Assembly: GCF_000150275.1 (NCBI RefSeq)
Contig: NW_002060943.1
Span: 12,423,533 to 12,487,532 of the forward strand
Reading direction: 5' to 3'
Origin: Trichoplax adhaerens
Taxonomy: Eukaryota; Animalia; Placozoa
Length of the DNA: 64,000 nt
The notes under the pieces are model-generated. The model was given only the letters and a program-made list of their open reading frames with translations. It was not told the DNA's origin and searched no databases. Below, piece after piece: positions 25,997-37,910 of the stretch (position 1 is the first letter of the stretch; every line of letters begins with the position of its first letter). Made by a program: the position numbers and the translations under genes.

Positions 25997-26610
25997 CCTC
26001 AATCTAAAATTTTTTTTAAATTGCACAAGCATGAAGATCGCCGCTAAAAGCCAGCTGTATAAAACGAAGAAAGAAATGGAATTTCTGATATAGCGATTGA
26101 TTATCCAAGCTGGCTGATGAAGTAGAACATGTAGCTTCATTTAAGTCCATAGCAGGCGTATCGCAGTACGTCAGTCCGCGCCTCTTATTCTTTTTGGAGA
26201 AAGAGAACATCAAGCAGATTTGCGTCGAAACCAAACTATGGACAGGCGTAGAGGTGCAGCTTAGCCCTAGCTATTTTGCACAATATGTTTTGTACAACTT
26301 CGTTTAAGCTGTCCTACTGATACATTAAACATATATATTGATATGCCTAACAAAATCGCGTCAGATAGCACGATTTCTTATTTTTTTTCTTCATTTACGC
26401 ATACCATTATGAGTAGTCCCTATCAATATACCATACGTAGGTCTATAATTTAATATATCAATAGGACTATAAGTAGGATTGGTTCAATTAAAATCAAGTG
26501 TATAAAGTAATTAGACCAAAATCGCTGTCAACAAAATATCAGTAAACAGTACAGTACAGTGTAGAGTATAGTGAAAGTGACTACCATAATTGAAAACAAA
26601 AACGAAGGGG

Positions 26611-26729
26611 AGCCTACGGCATGGGGTATTCCCAAGCGGTCACCCATCTAAGTACTAACCCCACTCGACGTTGCTTAACTTCCGTGATCAGACGAGAACG
26701 GGTGTATTCAACGTGATGTGGTCGTAGGC
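26611..26729 (-). rRNA. 5S rRNA gene, copy B (convergent with copy A)
   Basis: Reverse complement matches copy A except at two positions. TATATAA at about -30; TTTTTGTTTT terminator immediately downstream. Confidence 0.97.
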
Positions 26730-28179
26730 GACAGTTGAAGAACAAATTATAATTATATACTATTCAAATCATCTTGTTAAATCTTTTGTATAGAAATTCC
26801 TAATAATAAGAAGAAGTACAGGTAAATCGATTTACAAGATAGAATTATTATTTTGAAAAATTTATCTTTACAATTCACTTGTTAGTATTATCCGTAGCTT
26901 ACTATTTCGACTCCTGAGCTAATTACAGTGATTGCATCCGGAGATACCTGCCCGGCTGTACACTATTGTAGTGATGCAACCATATTTGACTATAAGGATG
27001 GCTATATTTGATATAGTTAGGTTACTCTGAATAGATATTATCGAGAAGCTAATATTAGATGATTGCTAACTACTATATTAGAAATTGTCGATGACTAATT
27101 ATAGCACAAGATTTATGTGGCTAGAAACACTGTAATTGTTAAGATGCCCTTAAGGGGCTAGACGTTAACCTTAATAGAAGAGTAGTGACATCTGAAGTAG
27201 AATGATTTAGATTGTAGAAGATCGTGATGTACTATTTGAGAAAAGTGCTCCGTTTGATGACTCATTTCTGATTGTAGATTAATCAAGTTGTCATAAATGG
27301 ATTTAATGAAATGTACAGTATATAAGAACTGCAGAGATGAGTTCACGGGGGAAAAGAGACTGCACTTCACTTTGAGCTCGGAATACTTCAAATTTTAGAC
27401 TAGATTCTTGTAATAATTAATTATTGCTCTACTATTCCTAAAGCCTTTTAGAAAAATATCATTTGACTAAGATAGTTATTGTGAAACACTTTTATTATAA
27501 CTATATAATTATAATTAATAGGAGATTGGGCTTGCTATCCAACATACAGTATTGCACGTGCAAGCGGCAATAGCAAAGGCGATGATCTATGTAAGCCTGC
27601 TATTCGGAACACAAGGATTTGTGTAAAAGTTATTTTTCAATTACGATAGCCAATTAGATTTATTGCTCAGAATTATAAGGGCCCGAAATTGGTTCTCATT
27701 CGCTTACTACTGTATCACATCGGCCAATATGCGAGCCCACTCAAAGTTTGTATATTAGAGCTTATTACTAGTACAAGCTCGATTAGCTATTTATCCCTGA
27801 TAGTAGAACAATATTTACTAGCAGCCGGTATCATCTGATGATTGAATCAATATTATCATTATCATTTGGGTTTGACTATCGAGAATAATTTTACTGGTGA
27901 TTTAAAGCCTAATCTCTTCAGCTAGGTTCGGATATTCAAGTACAAAATACGCATGTGTGCCAGTAAACATCATTCGAGCGTTGCCAATTCGTTATACACA
28001 AAATCAAGACGTAACACAATGGATAATTGGGATTTGCCGTAAATGATATAATAATGATTTTAATTCATAATCATAAAATAGATGTTTGTCGATCATATCG
28101 ATATAAGGAAGAATCCATTGTTATGCATGAGTTTCATTAAATGGAACTCGTGCCTCAGGTAAGTACAGCATACGGGTAT

Positions 28180-31100
28180 CTAACTATTAAGAACTTTACG
28201 CGAATGAGCAGGCTCAGCAATCGCTAATTGTAACGGTAGTCCACCAACTTCCTATATAAATATCAAATTGAATATACTGCATCAATTCACAAAGTCATAA
28301 CTCATCCAGTATTACTACTGTTTGTAACTACAACTGAAATACGAGAATTCGTAGAATTATTTTAAGTAAGTACTTCTCCATTTAATTCGTTCATTGCTTT
28401 CAAAGCACTTTCCGCGTTGTCATACTGAACAAATGCACTACCCTAGAACGAAATGTAGTATAACATGTCATCAGCATCCTGTCCTTCGCTATTGATTAAT
28501 AGTACATAAGAAATGAATGATAAGAGCAGTACAGCGGCTCGGGGATATTGCTAGATTAACAACATTATCGTCGTTACTATGAGCGATACTTACGGTTGCT
28601 CTACCCTGCTTTTTTTCATTAGCTTTGACTTTCGCGGAACCATATTTGGCGAATATTAACATTAATGTAGCCATGTTGACATTGACACTGTAACGTACAT
28701 ACAACCTACGATTATCAGGTTCATAATACATTCCAAAAACACCGATATGACCAGTCACTCCGGTATTTCGTAGTTCCTTGCATACCAGCTTTAACTGTAA
28801 ATAAAGTTTAAATGCATCTTTAAAAATATTTCATATTTGACACGCTTCAATCGTAATAATTGTTACTGTACTTTTGCCTTTACTTGCTGCTTTGTTAGCC
28901 AAACTAAGCTATTACTAGCTTTCTTTAACCTATAATAGTTACATCAACCTTATTACTCAGTAGCTATTTCACGTTTTACAATAGGCTCAGCAATATAATA
29001 AAAATATCACAGTTTGAACTGGAGCGGAGTTCTAACCTTTCAATAAGATCAGCAGAATTGATTGATGACGACTTCAACGTAATCTTTTAGAATAATTATC
29101 GACAAGTCAGCACTTTTATATATTTTGTATATTTATAAAACGGAAATTTAGCAAGACGTTATTATCATACTAGCCGAAAATGTAGCTGGTTTAAAGTAGT
29201 GGAAAGCGATAACAGTATACCTAATTATCCCAATTTGTATTGATTATCAATATAAATTTACATGCTTATCTCAAATCATAACCGAAAGAGGAGTATACAG
29301 TAATTGTTACTAAAGGTGATTCTTGCAAGAAATATTTGAAATTAAACAGTGATTCTTACTTGTGTATTCGGTTTGCTTTTAGGATCATTTGAGCAATTGA
29401 CCACATCCCATCTACTACGCTTTCTGAAAATAAGTTTATTTGAAGCGAGTTAAAATGTTAAATGCTACTGATGAGCTGATCAATTGATTAATACCATGAT
29501 TACCTTTTCGGTTTATCTGCTGCATTATATATTAGATCAGTATTAGATTCTTGAATGCTAACGGTATCTAAATCAATGTCACCTGTCTTTGCTTTTGTTA
29601 CTGGCTGCTGATCAAGAAAACTTTTTCCCCAGCCTAACTGCATATTTCGTCCAAACAATTCGAAATCTTGCATACTACAACATTAATTACAAAAATCAAA
29701 GGTAAGTCTTAAGAGTTAATAATTCGTAAGAAATCATTCCATGTTATAGTTATCATAGGTCATAATAAAATAGCAGTAGAATTGTTGAAGGTACCAAATC
29801 ATTGCTTCTTCGGCTGATCTTCTGTTAGTAAATATAACAAATCCGAATCCTCTAGGTAACTTAGTAGAGGGATTCCGAATAATATTTACCTATTTAAATA
29901 GATTGAAGTATAAAACAAGCGAAAATTTAAATAATTTTAACGGTGTGAGAGAGAAAAACCTTAGGTGTACTAAGCTATTACCGTTATAGCAGCATTCTTG
30001 GAATCAAAAGGTTTAAAAGCTTCCCATAAAATATCTTTGGTAACTTGCACGGATAAATTTCTGACGAAAATGTTACAGTTTCCAGGTGATGACTGAATAG
30101 TGTGCCAAAGAGCAACATCGCGTTCGGATGAAAGGTATTGATAATCATGAACACTATAACTTTCACCAGCTTCATAAATCTATATTTTAGAATTGCAAGT
30201 CACAACAATGCATGTGTAGTCATTTAAACATCTATACCCTCGATTTTGCACACTTAAAATGATATTTATTATTAGATTGGCTTGCAATGACTAGTAAATT
30301 AATAGCACTGCATTGTTCTTTCCTTGCTGGTAAATGTTCAAAAAGTATAAAATGTAACATGTAATATAATAACTAAGTTTTTTATCAGCTATTAGCTTTT
30401 CGGCCGTTACTTACGATGACTTGCATTTAAAGTAATTGACTTCAATAATTTTTTTCTGACAACATTCATAACAAATTGAATTGCAATGACACAGAAAGTT
30501 AGATTGGTACTTTACATTAGGATCTGCTAAGGTAATCATCGGTATCTGAGGCGGCAGAAATGGTTCTTGCTTCGGCAATGAAAATATGTATTGCTCCATT
30601 TGTTTTACTGAGCGTTCTTGATCTGCATCGGATAGCCCTAGAAATTAACATGGAAATTTGTAATATATTACAAAATAAATTGGACATAAATCGATCTCAA
30701 GAAAGATTTTTATTCGATTTTAAATGTATTGGAAAAAATTCGGATTTTACGTCATTCTATTACTTTTATTTGTGCTATTTCTTCTGTAGTAAGACTCAAG
30801 CTATGAGGAGAATCTGTTCTTAGCAATTTACAGCATAAAGGGTTACTGAATAATAGTAATTACGGTAATATCTCTATACTGTAAACCGTTCGGGCTTCCT
30901 ATATTTACTATGGACAAATAATCAATCACCATCTACCATTCTGAAATATTAAAAGCAAGTACAATCATTTGCTAGATCTAGAGATGCGTATGACTTCTTC
31001 AGATACTACGTTTTGGTACGCGAAATGACTCTATTACATAATGATTGTATTACTTATTGATTTTTGAATGTCGTTACGCCTGTAGAGGATAACGGGAGCC

Positions 31101-31400
31101 TTAATCGATTCTAGGCTACGTTTCATCTGAGGTGTAATCCTTTCTGACGGCGATCTGGCATTGATTGGACATTGAGATGTTCCCATTGTTTCTGCAAATT
31201 GTATGACGAAAAATCACGGTATCCCATAGAATAAATATACGAGTCAATTTTAAGTTTCTGGCAATGACTGTATGCTAATTCAACATTTAGTTACATGTCA
31301 CACAACAGCAGGCTTGAACAAGTTGTCACATCTACCGTATGTATTCTTTACCTGAGGTTATGCTTTTATCAGAAATTGGTTTATCCTCTTTTGCCGTCAT
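28180..31400 (-). CDS. Multi-exon RNA-binding protein with two RRMs and a UHM-ligand-like motif (probable splicing-associated factor)
   Basis: Assembled exons: MTAKEDKP..; RRM1 CNIFVRNLS..VNIIRNPSTKLPRGFGFVIFTNRRSAEEAMICMQDFELFGRNMQLGWGK; linker KPKRKRSRWD; RRM2 RRLYVRY..RAT-GSAFVQYDNAESALKAMNELNGE-EVGGLPLQLAIAEP..NS*. Exon structure at 30240-30520 is uncertain. Confidence 0.8.
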
Positions 31401-34400
31401 TGCCTCTGTGATAGATAAAGGTAACCTAGCAGCTTTGTTTGAACTTTGATTTACACCTTTTGAAATGATCAAGGAAACTATTCGTTAACTTTGGTATTTT
31501 GTTATCAATGTCGCTTAGGGTAGATTGTATTACTTAAGGCTATATTCGCCGCTATAATGACATTTTTTGATATTCATTGATACCGTACAAGTTGTAAGTT
31601 TTGTACTAGCTGCGAGAAATATCCTACAGGCATTTCGATCTTCTATAGTAGGTAACTTGCAAACGAACAACTGATGACTAACTTTATTCCTAAAATAATC
31701 TTTAATTTACCGATAAAGCATCTTGAAGCCAAACGAATATATTTATTAGCTGTGTTATAGAGTTGATCGATGTCTTGCAAAGGCAAAGAATGCATGATGT
31801 TTCTTTTACTCTATCCAATGCGAGATGTCCATTTTCGAGCACAGCATAGCCAGCATCTCAGCGTTAACAGTAAGTCTATCAGGAGCCGACTTGGAAGGAA
31901 AATTGAATTGAATTGAATTTATATGTGAAGTGAGATGAGGATCTGTCCGGTTCTCTTGTTTGAAGTTCAACAACTTAATCCTGTACTGTACCGTAATGAG
32001 GATACAGTACTGTACATATGTACTGTACTGTAGATGTTATGTTTATACCATAATCAAGAAACAGTTACACTGCAATGTATCGTACAGTACTGGACGGACG
32101 GCTTTCGGATCAATGTTGTGATTGTTGTCTATTGACAGAAAAGTGAAGTTAAAATCGCCATGGCTTGTATTCCGATTTTTGGCATATCTTGTCTTATAAA
32201 TAGTTCACTGTTTTACGTTAATGCGTGGCATTAGAGAATCCGGTGAGCATATTCATCACAAATAGACTTTAAGTGATAATATTGCAGCAATTCGATGAAG
32301 TTTTGCGATATGTACACTGTAAGTCTAGCACCAAGGAGTGTGTACAATACTGTGTGACAGTAAAAAAGTTGGCGAAAGTTCGCTATCTGTAGGACAGCGC
32401 TGAAGCTTAAGCAATCCTTCATGTCATGATACAATTTATAGGTAGATGGCTTTAGCCAAGTAATACTAGCTAAGAACAACTAAAGCAGAGGGAGAGTTTA
32501 ATGCTTTCAAATGGTTACGGTGATTGATTTGCTGAGCTTATTTATTCGTGACTGCGTCATTAAACGAAGCTAGCTTTCGTAACATTATTGCAAAGTAGAG
32601 TCCACTAGTACTGGTAGTACAGTATATTGAATAGTATTATGGTGACTGGGATAGTTATAGAAAAGACATAGTATGTGTATACAGCTACATTAGAGAATAA
32701 TTAATGAATTATAAAGAGAGAGATAGAAACGCTTCATGATCACCACGAGTAATGATAGCTGACGATTAATGGAGAAGAGTTAGTGTTTATTTACAATATA
32801 CCCTTTTAAGACTACAAAAATTTACTGTAAGGTAGCATTGCATGGTAATATACGATCAACTTGAACAGGACATTTAATTAATAATAATAACGTAGTTATT
32901 TATTTATGATTGCTTAACTAACCGCTAACTCCCGTCTACCCTGCCATACTTGTGTTGCTGTAATATTCGGGGCATGGTTAAGCGATTTGTGGGTAATTAT
33001 ATTAACAGTAAATAACAATCTTTCATACACAAGAATTGCCAGAAAAGTCATTCCATTTTCAACTATGCTCCATTATAGTACACCGACAGTACACATACAG
33101 AATACTGTAGTGTTTACACGTATTTTATTTACATTTCAGAAGCTGTAAAGGAAAAATCCATCCTTGTACACTGTAGAAAGGGTGAAAAGAGCTTCATATT
33201 TAGAGCGCTAATGATAATTATAGCATCACTCTGCATTATCAGCTCTTTAGCAGATACATGATAATCATGAGCAGATGGCCTAAAGTTGAAGTCATTGGCT
33301 CATTGCATCGATGTCTGCTCATAGCTAAGCTCGGGTTGTAGTGGTTCGTAGCATAAGAATTTGTTTCAATTAAAAACGGATTACAGTCCACTCAGCCAGA
33401 GCCGCCAGGAATTTGCAACAGAATAAAATACATTCCAGGGATGTGAATAGCTAATAATTAACTCATGCTCTAGGCTTAATTCACCTTGTTTACCTTACTT
33501 TGTTGCCGTTAGCATTTACGCGTACAGTCACGTCGATGTTTATTATTATTAACCACAGTAGCAGGTGCTCATCTGAATGATACCCCGTTCCAGAGACTTA
33601 CTGTATTACAGTGTCAATAAATTCAATTCAATGGATGTACAGTATTGTTATATGCTGACTTTCGTCCCCAATCACGATGATTCTTTCTCGGATAATTGAT
33701 TAAGCTGGGTAAAATTGTTGAATTCATCCTAATCGCTATCGATCACTTCTACCTGCAAAAGGATATCACTTCCTTGGGTCATACTGCCAGCATTTGCATG
33801 GCGAGCAAGTGTTGATTTGGTAGTGTCTTGTCAATGCGCAATCCCACATTGGGGATGAAGACAGCCTATGGAAAAAGTTCATTTAACATTGCTGCAATGA
33901 AGTACCGGCTCGGGTGATATGAAATTTAATACAAATAAGTACATGCAACACATACATAGAGCATAATAGTACACATTAACTATTGCAAATGGACAGCATA
34001 AGCATACCCCAGCAAAACAAGCGAGGACATTGTACCCGAAAAGTACGCAAGTTGCAGACTTCTCTGCATAAATGACTAGAAAGAAAACTTTTCTAATATT
34101 CCATGCTTGTAGCCAAGCCGCATGTCACACCAGCATACAGAGTACACATCTTTCGCTCGTTATAAGTACTGGACGACATTGCTACAATGGATTCCAGTTA
34201 TTAATTAGTGAGGCAATTAGTGTCATGGTGTTATTTGATTTTTTTACTCGATTTTGCTAGTAGTTCCTGCCATGTTTGCTTGGTTGACAAGCATGTTACA
34301 GGGGCAGACATGGGCGTAGCTGAACGAACATAGTACACTATAGCTGTACCAGCATCCAAAGCACACTACTGTCATATAGTAAAGTTCCACATTTTCCCAC

Positions 34401-34457
34401 TGCATAGACTCCCCTAAAAAAGGCTCTCTAGGCCACACTATGGTACAAAAGTCGTCA

Positions 34458-35611
34458 ACATCGTGGCCAGTGGGGAATGCCGCAGGCGTTGCGGCTGATT
34501 TGAAGGTTGCAGTTGCGATGTGATCGACTATTTTCCTCGGTAGTCCCGGTGGTATATTGTGGCCACTAGGCACTGTAGAAAATTGAAAGTTTGACTAGTC
34601 CATCAATTATCCAGTTTACTACTGTATGCCATTTCCCTCTATATTGTACACTGTAGACACTTACTGGCGATAGGACAGTTGTATCAGAGTCAAAAATGAA
34701 CTCAAACAGTCAATATAAATAAAACTAATTACATCGTGGCCAGTGGGGAATACAGCAGGCGTTGCGGCTGATTTGAGGGTTGCTGTTGCGATGTGATCGA
34801 CTATTTTTCTCAGTAGTCCCGGTGGTATATTGTGGCCACTAGGCACTGCAGAAAATTGAAAGTTTGACTAGTCCATCAATTATCCAGTTTACTACTGTAT
34901 GCCATTGCCCTCTATACTGTACACGGTAGACTATAGACGCTTACTGGCAACGTTCAGGACAGTTGTATCAAATCATGCAGAGTCAAAAATGAACTCAACA
35001 GTCAATATAAACAAAACTAATTACATCGTGGCCAGTGGGGAATGCAGCAGGCGTTGCGGCTGATTTGAGGGTTGCTGTTGCGATGTGATCGACTATTTTT
35101 CTCAGTAGTTCCGGTGGTATACAGTACTGTGGTCATTAGGCACTGTAGAAAATTGAAAGTTTGATTAGTCCATCAACTATCCAGTTTACTACTGTATGCC
35201 ATTTCCCTCTATACTGTACACGGTAGACTATAGACGCTTACTGGCAACGTTCTGGACAGTTGTATCAGAGTCCAAAATAAACTCAACAGTCAATATAAAT
35301 AAAACTAATTACATCGTGGCCAGTGGGGAATGCCAGCAGGCGTTGCGGCTGATTTGAGGGTTGCTGTTGCGATGTGATCGACTGTTTTCCTCAGTAGTCC
35401 CGGTGGTATATTGTGGCCACTAGGCACTGTAGAAAATGGAAAGTTTGACTAGTCCATCAATTATCCAGTTTACTACTGCACACCATTTCCCTTTATACTG
35501 TACACTAGACCTGAGTGTACACTGTAGACTAGAGACGCTTACTGGCGACGTTCAGTACAGTTGTATCAGAGTCAAAAATAAACTCAACAGTCAATAAAAA
35601 CAAAACTAATT
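34458..35611. repeat. Young tandem array of four ~270-300 bp units, each with a ~113 nt GC-rich module bounded by minus-strand splice signals
   Basis: Units start ACATCGTGGCCAGTGGGGAAT at 34458, 34731, 35023 and 35311 and are nearly identical. On the minus strand: CAATTTTCTRCAG|TGCCTA...CCACGAT|GTAATT. Confidence 0.92.
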
Positions 35612-36549
35612 TCCCATGCGCTAAAGTAAAGTTGATTTGCTAAAATCATCACAGAAGTAAGAAAAACAAGGAGCAATTGTAGACCGTTTACGGCAGCTCT
35701 AGTCAAGGTTACAACCTTACTTTGCACTATTAAACATCAAGATGGGCGGTGTAGCGATGGAATAAGTCAATAGTAGTGCGTCAACAACAACGCTTCAGAA
35801 TGAACCTGAATGACTATCGCATTGTTGAGGATTGACAACATGGACTAATAAAACAGCATTTGATGTCGTTGTACAAGATTGAAAAATGTCCTACAATGAT
35901 CATTGGTTTGGGTATGAATCAATATAGGCAACTTTCTAGCAATTCATCTTCATAGAGAAGCTTTCCTATGATAACAAATGCCTACTGTCCATGAATAATT
36001 TGCATGTAAGAATCTACATGGTAGATGACTGCCAGAGAGAGGACGTGGCTGATAGTTTTAATCTATCTGGTAAAATCGGACTTATCTAAGAATCAGCTTG
36101 TGGACAATAATGAAAAAAAAAACACTTTCAACAGTTTCATCCATTCTTGAATCGTCCTTATCACTCTACTGTCTTGCTTTGCCTTCTTTCCAACGAGATT
36201 GTTGCAGAGGTCTGCAGAGGCGGTCGGCATTTCCCCGCTGATCCAAATGCACTTGGCGATCAAAACATGGGTATACCATCACCTAACCCGATGGTTACAC
36301 GGGTTATCAGCGGTAGAGTAGGATGGGTTAATCTTTGTTACTAGTTTACCCTAGGCCCTTCATTTTCTCTGCATTCACAACGTTCAATTTTTGATTTATT
36401 TTTAATTTCAATTTTTGTTTATTTATTTTACGTTTCAGTAACACCGTCTACAAGTTAATAGACTTTACAGTACTTGATATAGGCCGTAAATTAATACTTA
36501 CGTGTATCAGTTACCCCTGTATGTAGAACATCTATCAATGCAATTCGCT

Positions 36550-37910
36550 TTTTGCATTAGCAGCGATATACAATTTGAACTACAATCATACACAGTAATG
36601 GATGGGATACAGAATCACACACGCGATTTTTTTTTTTGAACTGTATAACTGCTTATAGTAAATTGATACGGTAACATGGTAACAGCGAAAGAGAACTTAA
36701 ACTTCAAATGAAACATCTCAATCGATAGGATACAAAATCACACACGCAACTAATCACACAACTTAACTACAATCAAACGTGGCAATGGATAAGCCAAAAA
36801 AATTCACGTAGGCAATTTTTAACCAGTATAACTACTTATAACAATTTTATACTGTAAACTATTAGCAGCGATGTACAACTGGAAGAATAAACACACATGG
36901 CAGTGGATATGATACAAATCACATATGTAATTTTTAACTGTTTAATTACTTCTAGCAATTTTACACCGTAAAAATATTAGCAATATTATCAGTGATATAG
37001 AACTTGAACTACAATCACAGATGGCAATGATATGAAATCATATACGTCATTTTTAAACTGTATTACTACATATCGCAATTAAGTAACGTTAAAAAAAATA
37101 GTAACGATATATAACTCGAACTACAGTCGCGCACCTTAATCGATGTGATTCAAAATAATATAGACCACGTTTTCACTGTTCTGTATCACTGCTTAATGCA
37201 ATTTGATACCGTAAAATGTTAGTAATGATATACAACTCGAACTACAATCACATACCTCAATCGATATGGTACTAAATCACATAGATCATTTTTGAACTGT
37301 GCTGTACAACAACTTATAGCAATTTTATACCGTAAAATATTAGTAATGATATACTACTCGAACTACAATCACATACCTCAATTATAGTGGAAATTCCAAT
37401 GATAGAAATGATACGGAGACTTAAACGGCAATGCTTATTCTTACTTTTATGGATTTCAACATGAGAGTTTGTTAGTTTTTCGAAAACCAAACACTCAACA
37501 GATATGCGAACCCTTTTCTATCCATAGTACACAAATCTTATCTAGTGTATTGTACTTTTTCTATAAATGGCGAGTTATTTACAGAACTATAGCAGAGCTA
37601 TCTGAGAATATTTGTCCTAATTGTGTCATTAAATTTATTGCAATACATATATATAATACGAGACTATGCCAAGAGCCATACTAGAGCAGATGATGTTTAA
37701 TCTACTTTAACTAATTCACGATATCAATCGATATGATATAGAATCACAAACGCTATAATTTAAAATTAACTACATACATCAATTTAATACCGTAAATAGT
37801 ATTAGCAAATTGGACTACAATCTCATGTGACAGTAAACGTGGTACAAAATCACACGCGCAACTGTTCACTATATAACTAATTTTTAGTAACTTTCTGCAG
37901 TAAAATATCG
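36550..37910. repeat. Degenerate ~120 bp tandem repeat (about 7 units at 36550-37385, further copies at ~37720-37910)
   Basis: Recurring TTAGYAR.GATATACAACT.GAACTACAATCAC...GATA.GATACAAAATCACA...TGTATAAC.ACTTATAGCAATTT.ATACCGTAAA. Confidence 0.85.

Noticed and set aside
25949-26234. ORFs overlapping 5S copy A and the spacer
   Set aside because: Antisense to an rRNA gene, short, no protein features.
28100-28165. U1 snRNA gene (TACTTACCTG) or SL RNA
   Set aside because: The following sequence lacks U1 stem-loops and an Sm site.
34524-34575. HDV-like ribozyme (TTCCTCG loop)
   Set aside because: P1, P2 and P3 pairings of the double pseudoknot cannot be built, and the loop varies among copies.
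34458-35611. CRISPR-like array, or coding exons (ORFs 34244-34573, 34661-34846)
   Set aside because: Whole units are duplicated with no unique spacers and no cas genes. Modules are not frame-preserving and two carry indels.
36282-36289. Telomerase RNA template (CCTAACCC)
   Set aside because: It is sequestered in a stem, wobble pairs favour the opposite strand, and no downstream pseudoknot or H/ACA domain is evident.
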